64,000 nt of DNA from Octopus vulgaris (lineage: Eukaryota): positions 100,378,001 to 100,442,000 of the forward strand of contig OX597817.1 in the NCBI GenBank assembly GCA_951406725.2, in the 5' to 3' direction. Shown one piece after another: positions 50,532 to 64,000 of the stretch. The notes under the pieces are model-generated. The model was not told where the DNA came from. It did not search any database and saw nothing but the letters and a program-made list of their open reading frames with translations. Within the stretch, counting starts at the first letter, position 1. Each line of letters opens with the position of its first letter. The position numbers were made by a program, and so were the translations under genes.

Positions 50532-53500
50532 ATCATCATCATCATTTAACATCCACCTTCCATGCTGGCATGGGTGGGATGGTTTGACAGGAGCCAGCCA
50601 GGCAGAAACCTGCACCAGACTTCTGTGACTGCTTTGGCAGGATTTTTACAGCTGGATGCCCTTCTTAACACCAACCACTCAGCAGAGTGGACTTAGTGCT
50701 TTTTATGTGGCACAAGTACAGGCAAGATCAATTCTGGTAAGGTTTTTACAGCTGGATGCCCTTCCAAATGCCAACCACTTTACAGTGTGGACTGGATGCT
50801 TTGTAAGTGGCACCTGCACTGACAGGGTCACCAAGTAACTTGTGAGACAAAAATCTTTTGAGAGACTGAAACAGAAGGGGTCATTGGAGGAGGTGATCTT
50901 TTGTCAGATGATGAAAGGTTATAGTGAGATTGAGAAACAGAAACAGATGTCAAGGTTACCTGGACAGAGAGAGGTACAAGGTTAACTGGAGAGAGAGAGA
51001 GAGAGATCAGGAATAGAGCCAGAAACATGTGTGCTGCCACAAAGGAGATACATGGTTGCCCAATCTGAGGGAAATGCTGGACACGGAGAGGGAGAGAGTG
51101 GAAGACAGCAGGACAGAGATGGTGAAAAAGTGCCGGGCATACTCACAAGGGTATAAATGGGATGGTTGCAAAGATGGTAGCAAAGTGCCGGGCATACTCA
51201 CAGAGTAAAAGAAGAGAGAAATATAGATGGAGATAAGTGCCAGGGCATACCCTTGAGGTTCGACGGTCATAATATAAGTGACAGGATATTGCCAAACAAG
51301 TAGGATTAGAGAGTACAGAGCAGGGTGGAGAAGTGAGTGGTGAAAACCTTGGTATATATAGAGTGGGGGTGGGGGCAACTAGATAGAAATGATACAGAGA
51401 AACAAGGTTGTGAGGAAGGGATTGAGGAGTGAGAGGTAGGCATTGTGTATGAAAGAGGAAATGTGAGGAAGAAAAGAGATGTAGATTAGTTTGTTGAGGT
51501 AGGGTGTGTGAAAAGTTTTCTTGTTACATGTGGGTGAAATATACAGGTTGGGAGATAGCAATGATGCAGTGAGACAGGATGTGTGGGTGAAACACACAGG
51601 TCAGGGCTAGCAGAGAGCGATGATACAGTGAAACAGAGCCAAGAGGACAGGATTGGGGAGTTAGAGGTAAGCATAGTGCATGAAGTGGAAATGCAAGGAA
51701 GAGATGTAGTTTGGTTTGTTGTGGTAGGGTATGTGAAAAGTTTTCTTGATAAATGTGGGTGGTACATACAGTGCTTCTAGAACTCAGTTTCGCTGATGTG
51801 GGCATATCTTCTTAAGAACCTCATATCACCAGGCATCTTGGTCAATTGCCATTTCCTCCATGAGGCCCAACATCTTGAGATTAGCCCTTGCCACCTCATC
51901 CCATGTCTTCCTGGGTCTCCCACTTTTGCAAGTATCATCCACTTTCATTCAGTGATCAGCATTTCTTTATGCAGCTGTCCTAATTTATATGCATCACATG
52001 ACCAAACCAATGTAGTCTTCTCTCTTGCATGCTATATTTGATTCCTCTTATGCCCAATTTTTCTCTCAATACATTTTCACTTTGTCGTACATGCGCACTG
52101 ATGTTGCACATCCAATGGAGCATACTACCTTCATTTCTTTCTAGTCTATGGATGTCTTCTGCATTCAGATCCCATATCTCACTACCATGGAGTATAGCCA
52201 TTCACACACAAGCATCATACAGTCTACCTTGCACTCTGAGAAAGAATCCTTTGTTCCCAACAGAAGTAATAGCTCTCTGAACTTCCTCCACTCAATCCTT
52301 TTCTAGAAACAGTACTTTCAGATCATCTTCCACCATTGCTAATTTGGTCATCTAGGTAACAAACTGTCTACAATCTCAAGAGAGTCTCCTTAGCATTTGA
52401 GAGACTCTAAGGCCCTTGTGCTCTTAGTGCTTATTGTTCCTGCACATCTGCCACATACAAAGACGACTTTATCTGTTAATCTACCAGTGATTCCACTGCA
52501 CCTGGTATCTGTCCATTGTTTACACTGGGTGTAGTGAGTGGAATTTCTTCCAACTCCTTTCCTACATATTGAGCAGGGCCATTTACCTGATGGAAAGAGA
52601 GCTTTATCTTCTTTCTTACTAACAACAACTTTAGTCTTTGTTAGGTTAACTTTAAGGCCCCTTGATTCCATGTTTTGTTTCCATACCTGGAATTTCTTCT
52701 CCAGTTCTGTTAAAGATTCTGCAATAAGAGTAAGGTCATCAACATATAGCAGTTCCCATGGGCACCCAGTTTTGAATTCCTCTGTTATGGCCTGGAGGAC
52801 TATAATGAATATGACTGAACTGAGAACAGCCCTGGTGAACCTCTACCTGTTCTCTAAATTCATCACTGTATTCATGGTTGACTATCACCTTACTGGAAAA
52901 ATCACTGTACATGGCTTGGATAGCTCTAACAAGCCACTCCTCTACTCCTAACTTCCTTAGAGATAACCTTATAACAGCAAGGAACTCTGTCAAAAGTATT
53001 CTCCAGGCCAATGAATGCTAAGTACAATGGCTTATTTTTGACCAAGTACTTTTCCTGCAGCTGTCTCACTAGGGAGATTGCATCTGTGGTACTCTCCCCA
53101 GGTACATCAAGTTTAATTCTATTTTTAATTAATTAAGCTATAACCCTCTCAGTAACTTTCATAATTTGGTCTAGCAGTTTAGTACCCTCTGTAGTTGTTT
53201 CTATCTAAGGCATCACCTTTACCCTTGTAGCAGCTAACTATGATACTACTACACCAGTCATTGGGGATGGTGCCTTCCTGAATAACCTGATTAACTATAC
53301 AGGTGACTTAGCTGTATCTTACACCACTGGAAGTTTTAATAATCTCAGCAGTGATTCCTGATGGCCCAGGGGCTTTCCTTGTCTTCATATCCTTAATTGC
53401 TTTATCTTTTATGCTGCTATCAACTCTGATGGCTAGTCCCCGAATTGGTTCGATATTTGGTAGAATCTCCTTCTCCCATTTATTTTCTACATTTTGTAAC

Positions 53501-53920
53501 CTTTCATAGTAACACAGCCATGCATCTTTCTTCTTTGAGTCACTAAGTGCAAACATACCATTATCCATTTGCACACATTTCTCACCTACCACCTAATATT
53601 TCTGATACACTGCTTTGCAATCTTGAACACCTCATGCCTCTGATCCTCATGCTGTAGAACATTTGCAAATCTCTTACCTTCAGCTATTCTTTTTGCTATG
53701 TAAACCTGACACTTAGCTGCCCTTTTGGCTACCTGATATAATTCTCTGCTTCTACCATTTTCCCAGTCTTTCCAGGCCTGTCTCTTTGCTTTTATAGCAT
53801 TGTCTACCTCCTTGTTTCACCACCATGTCACCCTTGGTCTAGCCGGGACTTTGCCCCAACACAGATTTCACTTGTAGCCTTCAGTAGGTTATTCCATAGG
53901 AACTTCCAGAAGGATTGAAA
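50532..53920 (-). mobile_element. Decayed RTE LINE with long CT-rich 3' UTR and (ATG)n tail
   Basis: KAPGPSGITAE, LLYVDDL, GLKVNLTKTK, LHGSEIW motifs; 3'-end core at 50532-50780. Confidence 0.88.
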
Positions 53921-55530
53921 AGTGTCTTGGATGAATTTCACTTGTGGGGCACAATTTTGATGATTATTGCTGATATGACAAGTGAGAATACAGGACAAAA
54001 GAGTGGGATAGTGCTTAGACTGCAGAGAAATTTTTTCAGTAAAGGCTATGACAAGCCACACTTTCTGAGCTGCTAACACTATGTCTTGGACAGAATCCTA
54101 CGCATTGTTATGGATGAGGAGTTAGCAGGTGCAAGCAATTCACTCAACATCAAATATTTTCTTGTCAAAAAATTCATGACAAGTAATGTACTCCAAGGCT
54201 CCTTCCAGAATGGAACTCATCATTGAAGATCATGCTGGTTGGAGAAATGATATGAAGTTTCTGTTCCACTTAACCTGTGCCTTCAGGTTCTTCTATGAAA
54301 AGGGAGACACACCTTTCATCTAGTTTCACAAAATTCTGAAGAGCAGTAATGCCAGTGGAATTCGCAAGCAATCTTAACCCTCCTTGCATTTTACCTCATG
54401 CCACATGTGAGAGATTGCAGATGGTCTGCCAGTTCATCTTATATGACTGGGCGGTTCAGTGACCAAGTGTATAGAGCTGAAGATTATGCAGAGCTATCAC
54501 AAGCCTTACTACCCTACAAGATTTCTTTGAAATGCTTGACAAATCATTGGAAACAAAAGACATCAAAACTAAACATCAGCAGAAATAATTAATGTTGTGG
54601 GCGAGCAATTAAGGTTATGCAAGAACTACATGCTATATACAAGAACAAAGCCAACCTGCCATTGTGTTTCATTCTCTCTATTAGACTTGCTGCAACTTGA
54701 CTATTGATTAATTTGACTTTATATGACTTACCTTATTTTTATTGTTCTGGAATGCAGAACAGAGTCCTTTTAACAGTTATGAATTAAATGTTTTAGATCT
54801 TTTGCCCATTTTGGTTTATTCTATCAGGGTTCTAGTATTTGAAAATCCATCCAAATGCAACAAAGTATAAAAATTTCAAAGTTAGTCATGGGTGAACTTT
54901 TTTGATTGAATACAAAAATACAAAAAAACGCATTGATTTTCATTGTCTTCCAGCGAAATCTCATCAGAATATGATACAGGACTATGGAGTTATAAAATTT
55001 TTTATCCCTAGTGCACACAACATGGTGAGATTCCATGACCAGGTTTTGGGTAGGTGCTCCGTTTACTATGGGCAGGTCTTCTTGAGTATAAAAGAGCACC
55101 AGCCCTCCCAATCCATTATCATCTCCTCTGTAAGGCACAGCATCTTGAGGTCAGCTTTCATGACCTCATCCCATACTGCTTGGCAAAGATCTCTAATAGC
55201 ATTTACTAAAACATTTGAAGATGATGCAATGATACTATTTAATGCATCATCTTTATGAAGCAAACAATTAGTATTGTATCATCTTTGAAGAACACAATTG
55301 AAAGGACACAAGAAGAATTCCATCCTACAATGTTTTACATCAACAGCTTGGACCTTGCCATTTTGCAAGTAGATTTTGTGATTCAGCTCTTTCCTCATTT
55401 ATATTGTTCATGAAGCCAAATCTCCTGGAAATAATCCAAATATGGACAAATGTCAAAGGAACTTGTGTCTATAAAGATAAGTGGATAGAAATAAATTCTG
55501 CTGAATCTAGAAAGTTTATTGGATTGATTA

Positions 55531-57150
55531 CACTGGTGAACAAAACTCAAACTTTTTGCTGTCCTATGAACTAAAGAAAGTGAACTTTATAGTACTTTTA
55601 ATGCAGATTTGAAAACCGTTTTTAGAATTTTTCTATTGGGCATGGTTTTTATGTGACTAAGTAATTAACATAGAGGTGTATGATTTTTTACTGTATTTAG
55701 CTTCTGGAACCTACAATAATCAGCCAACATTAGTGACCAACAATAATCAGCCAACATAGAAGAGCCTCACTTTCCTTGGTACCGAGTTTCCATGTTCAGA
55801 ATGTCCTGCTGAAACCTTTTGCCATGCTTGTCACTGACAGCTACAAGATTTTTGCAGGGAAAAAGTCTAAGTGAGAATTCAAGAAGTGGATTTTAGGCTC
55901 ATATTGCATCCCAAGGTGTTGTATGATGTCAGTAGGTCTTTCACAATGTCAGAAAAGTTATCTGCTCTATGATTCCCCCCAAAGTCTCTGTAAACTTTCT
56001 TAAATGCACAGATTTTTCAACATCATTGATATCTTCATCACACTCTTGGTCTCTCATCAGCTCCCTGATCTGTGGCCTAACAAAAATACCCGCTTTAATT
56101 TTTGCATCACTTACTCTTGAAAATTTAGTTTCCAAATACATGAATACCTTTAACAAAATTCTTTATGAATCCTAGCTTCATATGCAAAGGAAGCAGATAA
56201 AGGAGGCAACAAAACTTGGTGTAACCCACCTGCATTCCAAGTAAAAGTGCCACAACTTTTAGATTACTACAAATATTCCATTTATGTTCCTCATACTTAA
56301 TTTTTTGCAACAGAAGCTTCATGCTCTCATATGTTTCTGTCATGTTAGCTGCATGGGCCAGAGGAACAGAAGGAAACTTATTTCCATTGTGGAGTAAAAC
56401 TGCTTTCCAGCTTACTTTTGAGATGTCAATAAACAAACACCACTCATTTGTGCTATATTCATGATTAAGTTCCTCTATTACAGAATATACATCATTACAA
56501 AACATTACACCATCCTCAAGTGATAAAAGAATTTGCAAAATTACAATGCCAAGCATGATAAAAACTAACTTTGTTCTCTTTCTGGAGAAGATTCCAGCCA
56601 TTTAACCTGGAACCAAGAGGATCAGCTTGCTTTTTCAACAACTTCAAATCCCACACAGTTAGGCTCTTTCTCCACACTTCATCACTTGACTCATTGTCAC
56701 TGTCATTTGTTTTGGAGGGTCAGATACAGGTAAGTGTCGACTGTGAAGTACTGGTTTCATAGTAGATTGTAAATTAGGATATTTTACAGTATGCTTGGAT
56801 TTTGATGTTATACCTTGTATATTTGTCATGCAGAAGTAGTAATCTGAAGTGTGATCTTTGGACTCTCTCCAAATCATTGGGATGACAAAAGGCATATGGT
56901 GTGAATCTTTGGACCATGCAGTGAGAAGCCTGACAGGTTACACAACACACATAAGGGGGCCCAGATTTTATCCTGGTTACCCACTTTGCAATCAAAATAA
57001 TGCACATAGTACTTCTTAATCAATAGCGTGAAACACTGTCTTTGTGACTTGAATGTTAAGTCACTGCAAAAGTTGTTTGCGATGTTTATACAGTTTCTTG
57101 GCTTTACGAAAGGGACTGGAATATGTGAACTTAGTACACAACCACACACC
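55531..57150 (-). mobile_element. Decayed Chapaev-3/Transib-related (CMC) DNA transposon
   Basis: WRE..DH...YFC, LFID.SK.S.KAVLLHNGN, LHMKLG, KIHFLNSHLDFF, VSDKHGKRFQQD...RYQG; one CAC-starting terminus (CACTGGTGAAC) at 55531. Confidence 0.7.
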
Positions 57151-57308
57151 TACACTTCAAGCACAGTACTGACAAAGCATCGGTGACTCATCTACTCAGT
57201 ATTGCCAAGCTTCAGGGACTTCACTAAGTTAATTCTATTCATAAACATTTAAATTAGGAGTACTTAAACCGTAGGCTTCACATTTCAACAGCTTAATTGC
57301 AAATTCTA

Positions 57309-57441
57309 GAGATGTGGCTGTGTGATAAGCTTGCTTCTCAACCACATACTTCTGGGTTCAGTCCCACGTTGGGCAAGTGTCTTTTACTATAGTCACTGGG
57401 TGATCAAAGCCTTGTGAGTGGATTTGGTAGGCGGAAACTGT

Positions 57442-57445
<4 letters not shown>
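57309..57445 (+). mobile_element. OK-like tRNA-derived SINE head
   Basis: GTGGCTGTGTG...GGGTTCAGTCCCAC...GGGCAAGTGTC...GTGAGTGGATTTGGTAG. Confidence 0.75.
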
Positions 57446-57475
<30 letters not shown>

Positions 57476-58463
57476 CATCATCATCATCATCGTTGTTTAA
57501 CATTCCCTTTCCATGCTGGCATGGGTTTGACAGTTTGACTGAGGACTGGCAAGCCAGAAGGCTGTACCAGACTCCAAACTGATCTGGCAAGGTTTCTACA
57601 GCTGGATGCCCTTCCTAACACTAACAACTCTGAGAGTGTAGTGGGTGCTTTTTACATGCCACTGGCATGAGAGCCAATCAGGCAGCACTGGCAACGACCA
57701 TTCTTGAATGGTGCCACACACAAAATCTATCTTCCCAGTTAGCCTTCCTTTGATATTGCTTTACCTCTTATGTGTCCATAGCTTACACTGGGTACATCTT
57801 ATAGAGTTTCTACCTAAGCCTTTTTCTACAGATCAAGTAGGGCCATCTACCTGAAGGGATTTGTGATTTGTTTGCCTTCCTACTTATTAAGACCTTGAAG
57901 GCCCTTCGTTTCTAGACCTTGCTTCTACACCCGAAACTTCTCCCCTAGTTCTGATAGTGACTCAGCTATTAGAGCAAGGTCATCAGCTTAGAGAAGCTCT
58001 CAGGGGCATCCTATCTCGAATTCCTCTGTTATTGCCTGGAGGACTATGATGAATAAGACTGATCCCTGGTGGACTCCTACCCCTACCTGGAATTCTTCAC
58101 TATACTCGTTGCCAATCCTCATCTTACTGACAGCATCACTGTACATGGTATGTACAGCTCTCACTAACCACTCATCTATCCCTTGTTTCTGCATTGACTA
58201 CCAGATAGAAGGCTTTCTCCATGTCAACAAAAGCCAGGTACAGAGGTTTATCTTTGGTTAGATATTTCTCCTGCAGTTGTCTTACCAGAAATATAGCATC
58301 ATTGGTGTTTTTCCCTGGCACAAATCCAAACTACATCTTGTCTAAACTAACTCTCTCCCGAATTAGTTGGGCTGTAACCCTCTGCATGACTTTCATTACC
58401 TGATCCAATAACTTGATACCTCTGTAGTTATCCGTATCTAATGCATCACCTTTACCCTTGTAG
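57476..58463 (-). mobile_element. Internally deleted RTE copy
   Basis: 3'-end core plus RT piece VGVHQGSVLFIIVLQAITEEF. Confidence 0.85.
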
Positions 58464-58489
58464 TAGTATATATATGTGTGTATGTGTGT

Positions 58490-58695
58490 CTATGTCTGTG
58501 TTTGTCTCCCATAACCACTTGACAACTGGTGGTGGTGTGTTTACTTTCCCATAACTTAGCAGTTTGGCAAAAAGGCCGATAGAATAAGTTCTAGGCTTCA
58601 AAAAAAAAAAAAAAGCCCTAGTGTTGATTTGTTTGACTAAAATCCTTCAAGGCTGTGCCCCATCATGACCACAGTCAAATGAAACAAGTAAAAGA
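58490..58695 (+). mobile_element. SINE tail (possibly the continuation of 57309-57445, split by the RTE insertion)
   Basis: CTTGACAAC...CCCATAACTTAGC...GATAGAATAAGT...GAAACAAGTAAAAGA. Confidence 0.7.
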
Positions 58696-58919
58696 TATTG
58701 TTATACTTAGGGATGATCATATTTTGCCAATTCAACACATGCACTATCTATTTCGTCTTCACTCCAGCTTTATTATTATTATCATTTTAGTTTCTTTGTG
58801 TCAAATCGCTTTCGTCACATATTCTGTGACCTCTTCGACGAATCTTTATCTCACGTATTTCCTCTTGTTCTTATTCTATTTGGAAGCGTTTTGACAAAGA
58901 AACTAAAATAATAAAAATA

Positions 58920-59515
58920 AACGTAAAGTATACTAGCCATCTCAATATGGCTAACCACTAAGGGTGGGTGTTACAGGAGATCATCGTCTCCAGCTGGCTT
59001 TAGGCACACTTTCTGTGCTCTTATGGTATTTGCAAAGGGAGGTCATTCCTCTCTCGTAAACCTAAGTGATACGCACGGACTGCAGTTTCTAGGTATTTGC
59101 CTGTCTTCGGCGTATGGCAATCACCGGTTGTCGAGCAGTTACTGTTTGCATCTCATTCAGAGATTTATTATTGCTTGCAGATAGTTTTTCGAAATCAGTG
59201 ACGGAAGTTACTGGAAAAACAATAAATAAATATTTGCAAACAGATCTCCCTTCATCGAAAACCGGTGATTGCCGTACGTCGAAGACAGGCAAATACCTAG
59301 AAACTGCAGTCCGTGCGTATCACTTAGGTTTACGAGAGAGGGATGACCTCCCTTTGCAAATACCATAAGCGCATAGAAAGTGTGCCTAAAGCCAGCTGGA
59401 GACGATGATCTCCTGGGGCTAAAAGCTACAGTAACACCCACCCTTAGTGGTTAGCTATATTGAGATGGCTAGTATACTTTACGTTGTCGAGCAGTTACTG
59501 TTTACATCTCATTCA
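58920..59515. mobile_element. Inverted-repeat element with a 30-bp duplicated tail (Penelope pLTR-like)
   Basis: 58920-59129 is inverted at 59260-59485; GTCGAGCAGTTACTGTTT(G/A)CATCTCATTCA at 59130 and 59486. Confidence 0.6.
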
Positions 59516-61763
59516 ATAAAAATAAAGCTAAAGTGAAAATAAATAGTGCATGTGTTTAATTGGCAAAAGATGACTATCACCACATATAACAATATCTGTT
59601 GTAACACACGATTTCGCATGAAGAACCTTGCAAAACAAACACATACACACACACACATATATTGTGTGTGTGTGTGTTTATTTCGAGTAATTCATGAGAA
59701 TGAAAATTTCAGAGGTAAGTTAGTGAAAGGCATAGGAGTAAGTTAGCTCCCCTTATACGGAAAAGAGTTATTTCCCTGTTATTGGAGTTTGCTGTCTCGT
59801 ATTTGTTATAGCTATTCGTTATTCGTAGAATGTTCGTAACAAATACTAGAAACAGGAAAATCAAATAGCAAGAAATTTTATTTGTGTTGCTTAATTCAGA
59901 TATATTATTCGAATAAAAGATCCACATTATTATTGATGAGTGCCACTTCTATAAAAACAAGACAAGACGAAACAAAAATTAAGTTTTAGAGGCCCTTGTT
60001 TTCCCCTAGCACAAGCCCGATCAAGCAGATCTATGATTAAAAGCATTCCAAATATGACCACCCTTTCTTTCTAGGACTCCATTTTCAGAATCTTTCTAAC
60101 TTCGTGGTACTTTGGAGATCAAATAAAAACATTACCAGTTCACTTTGAGTTAAAATAAACAACAAAAGACACTGAAAAGAATTTAAATATAAGACAACCT
60201 TAGCCACGAGAGTGAACTGTAGAATTATAGAATTAATAGTTAGTTCACTACTTCTGATTCACACTGTGTTGTGCATGAGATATTAAAAAAACTAAGAGCA
60301 TACAGAAAATTATAACTTACCTTGCTTTATTATTCATAACTGTATGTAATGAAATCATGAATAACACCTTTTTCAAGATAATCCATTCATATAAAATTTC
60401 TAAAACTTTAAATTATACTTTTAAATATCTATATCACACTTTTTGGACCACTATTTGAGAAATACAGTGATTTGATGGAAATTTGGCTGCTATTTTAGCA
60501 GGTGTAACAATCATAGAGAGACTTCCCCCTTGACTTATGTTCTGCTGGTTTAATAATTCTCTACTTCAGATTAAATTGGAACCCAAATAAAAGAAATATC
60601 AAAAGAGTTGACCAAGAGATATCAGAAAATCTATTAAACTGCTCTACTATAAACAATATTTAGATATGTAATGCGATGCTGTGCAGAGAAGAAAACTAGA
60701 ATGGATTTAAAAAATGCATTTTCGACCTGCAATATATGAGAATCTAAACAGGAAATTTTGAGTTCGAATCACTGAATTACCAAGCAAATGCTTCACAATT
60801 AGATGGATGTTAAAACAATTTTCCATGGAGGATTAAAACAAATTGATTTGTCACAATATGAAGGTTGGTGGCCATATTTTTGTTGGCTGTCTTAGTTGAT
60901 GTGTAGTTTAAATTGGTGGCTATGCGAAAGAAAAAAAAAATGCTGGGCGGGAAAGAAATCCAAAGGATAGGAATAACCAGGCAAAATATTTAGTACGGGT
61001 TTTTTAAAGGAGCAAGATCCAGGAAAAAATGATGAGTGGAAGAATGAGGAAGATGGTTTTGATGGGTTTGTGAATGTGGTAAGTAGTTTAGTAGTAGAGA
61101 GAAGTGTCAGTTGTAGAAGTAAAATATGCTTGCAAAGTGGATTAAATTGTTTTGCCATGAGGAAGAGGAGAAAGATGAAATGTTTATTGAGTGTTGAATA
61201 AATAGGTTAAATGTAGTGAGAAAGTGAAGGGGAGGTAGCAAGAGGAACATGAAATAGTTGGTGGGTAACAGCTTGTAATATTTTACATTAAACTCTTGCA
61301 AACTTATCATTCCGATTTTTGAATCATTGACTGTACCTCCACTAACTATATTTTCCGTATCTCCTGACTAACCAACGAGAGAGTCTGTATACTGTCGTTT
61401 AAACTGCTAGAAATAGCATCTCCCTCAAATAACACTACTGTTTTCAAAGAAAGGAAAGGGAAGCATTGAATAATGTAGTCCTAAATACCTATAAAAAGAT
61501 GGAATGCCCATATTTGGAATGTTTTTGATCATAAGATTGAAGTGACGTTGAAAAAATAACTGAATCACCTGTCAATACTAGAAGTGTCTACACATCAGTA
61601 TAGACTGCTTACACAAATGCCTCCATGATTTCTCTCACAACATCCATTCACTCTCCAAACCTGTATATCAAACATTGCCAAGAAATGGTTACTACTTGAA
61701 ATAACAAACCCTTCCTCGTAACATAACACGTAAAGTAATTTGATGCAAATAAGATACAAGATA

Positions 61764-61798
<35 letters not shown>

Positions 61799-61840
61799 AC
61801 ACCAGCACACACACACACACCACACCAGCACACACACACA
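61764..61840. repeat. (CA)n microsatellite; others at 1-18, 62888-62936 and 63548-63603
   Basis: Direct reading. Confidence 0.95.
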
Positions 61841-62089
61841 TATACATTTATTTACACGTATGTATGTTTGTTTATTCACTTCCCTTTTTTAATTTAGAAG
61901 AAATTTTGATTGCCCATGCTTGGTAGCAAGGTTGTGAAGGAAATTATCTTGTTTTTGTTCATCATCCTTTAAATCTTAAGAAGATCTTGTAGATTTTTAT
62001 AAGTCTCACATATCGTGATTATTTGTTGTGTATGAATTAAGGATTTGCATTATCTCCCCAAGATCCTAAGTTCAGCCATACTTTGCTCC

Positions 62090-62580
62090 TTCATGTTGGT
62101 ATGTATCCTGTTGCTTGAATAATAATAGGTATAAAGCTGAAAGTATATCTTGAGTACAGGATTTGCAAACTCCTTATCAATAGTCCATAGATGTCCTCTT
62201 TCTCTTGTATTTTTCTAATCCCATTGGTGTTCGGAGGGCAACACAGCATATCTTTTCCTTGTGGTCCTACATAATATCTGGCCAGTTGTATTTTAACATG
62301 GTGGCTGTTTTAATTTTTAAGTTATATGAATATTCTTTTGACACATCCGTCTCAATATAGTTAGCTTCATCTGTAGGTATTTTCTGTTTTGTTATTCTGT
62401 TCCAGACTGTTCTGGTCACTTCATCATTCTCTCGCAGTTGGAAAATAATGTAGTTGATGTCTTCAGTCTTGGTTTTGCACAGCCTACTATGTCTGTTAAA
62501 TATTTCAGCCTTTTATGCTGTAGGTATTTAGTAGGGTTCTCTTGTTCTTGGATTGCATGAATGTAACCTTCAAAGTGGGA
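62090..62580 (-). mobile_element. RLE-type non-LTR retrotransposon C-terminal remnant
   Basis: EGYIHAIQEQE..TKYL, RLCKTKTEDI, KYNWPD, KEDIYGLL...FIPIII. Confidence 0.6.
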
Positions 62581-62887
62581 TGGCAGAAATTTGTTGGTAC
62601 TCTATGTCAAACACTTGACATATTCAATCACTTCTATGGTTTGTATTTTTCTTGCCAAGTAGCTATGTACTATCTTCTTAATGAACTGATCCATATTTTT
62701 ATTTTGTTCTTCTGATAAATAGATTTTACCAATGCTCCTTGGGGAGAGATCTGTATCAGCTCTTATTTCATACCTCTCCTTATGTTCATTAGCTAACTTG
62801 ATTATGTTGTTGATTGCATGGTCACAAACTTGGGCAAAATATTTATTAGTCTTGGGCAAGTGTCCTCACTTGTAAGTGAATTTGCCA

Positions 62888-62925
<38 letters not shown>

Positions 62926-62939
62926 GTGCATGTGTGTAT

Positions 62940-63540
62940 AATGGCTAACCTCAGATACAGATACGTTTGCAAAAGATACACATTTTTAGAATGAAATATT
63001 TAGTAGAAGTGGATTTTTAGGAAGAATAGAATATTTACCTCAGTTTGTATCTCCTAAACATAGAAATAGAAAGAGAAAAATTCTGTGATATAATGTTAGG
63101 ATAGATATAGCCCAGAAGTTTCCTAAGTTGGTCTCACTTAACTGTTTTGTTTCAATAAAGAACATAGGTGTCTTAAGATCTTTAATGGAAATTATATTAT
63201 AGTTTTTACTTTTGTTGCCAAAAATTTCAGCAGTTTAATTAAAGCTAAACATGTCAAAATCGAGAGCAGATGAAAGTGCAGATATTCTATTAACTGCCTG
63301 CTTAAAGGAAGTTTTGCCACTTTATTGGTATACTGTACCAAGATAAAATTGAATGGTGATGGTTCACAGCCCAAATCTTACATAGGGTTAACAAAAAATA
63401 AATTTAAAATGAGAATTTACTTGCACAAACACTCATTGGTTAACACAAAGTGGAAATTTACTAACAGATTTTTGAAATATGTTTGGAGATTAGAGCAAAA
63501 TGGTAGCAATGGTAAATCTTTATTTTCACTTGGAAACAGT
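62940..63540 (+). mobile_element. Penelope-like element GIY-YIG endonuclease remnant
   Basis: C..C motif followed by VY...YIGLTKNKFKMRIYLHKHS...KYVWRL. Confidence 0.75.
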
Positions 63541-63559
63541 AGAAAAAACTACACACACA

Positions 63560-63607
<48 letters not shown>

Positions 63608-64000
63608 TACTGTACATCCATCTTTGCTTAAAAAATAAAGTAGACTGAAAACAACTCGAACTCATGTAACAATATCCTGAGTATATGTTTACATAAATTG
63701 GAAAAGTTGTTATGCAATTTTTATAAGGTAGCCGCTCCATAAAAATCTGTAAAGAAAATATCTTAAGTTTCATCTTTGTGTTTTCCTTTTCTGTTTAACT
63801 AATTCATCAGTGTTTCCAATTTTATTGATGTTTTTCTTTATTCTACTTAGCTATTTCATCTGTCTTGTTGCAGATTTCTTCTAATGAGCTTTCAGGATTT
63901 AAAAAAACCCCACAAAAAACAAGCAATAATTTTCATTTTCTGGTTATTAATTTTAACAGTTTCCAATTTCATAGTTCAAATTTTTTTTAACAACTGGAGA

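Noticed and set aside
54100-55440. Short ORFs resembling transposase remnants
   Set aside because: Too decayed to assign to a family by eye

Overview
AT-rich, repeat-dense animal genomic DNA, most likely an octopus (inferred from OK/OR-type tRNA-derived SINEs and RTE LINEs). There are two convergent protein-coding genes. (1) On +, the 3' part (9 exons, 1305-18223) of a KDM7/PHF8/PHF2-family histone demethylase, including a 2.27-kb exon with an 11-aa DPLSL repeat; the PHD/JmjC exons lie upstream of the window. (2) On -, a complete 6-exon RPS8 gene (46909-31029, 208 aa, 5'TOP start). The RPS8 introns hold an amplified box C/D snoRNA cluster: SNORD35-like x4 in a tandem A-B-A-B array, SNORD46-like x3 and SNORD51-like x4, in intact and decaying states, plus a candidate H/ACA RNA. 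Several copies share one intron. The rest is mostly decayed mobile DNA: RTE LINEs, R4-like and Penelope-like fragments, Tc1, a Chapaev/Transib-like transposase, piggyBac-type and foldback MITEs, SINEs and microsatellites. Family assignments and rRNA targets come from motifs recalled from memory, not from database searches.
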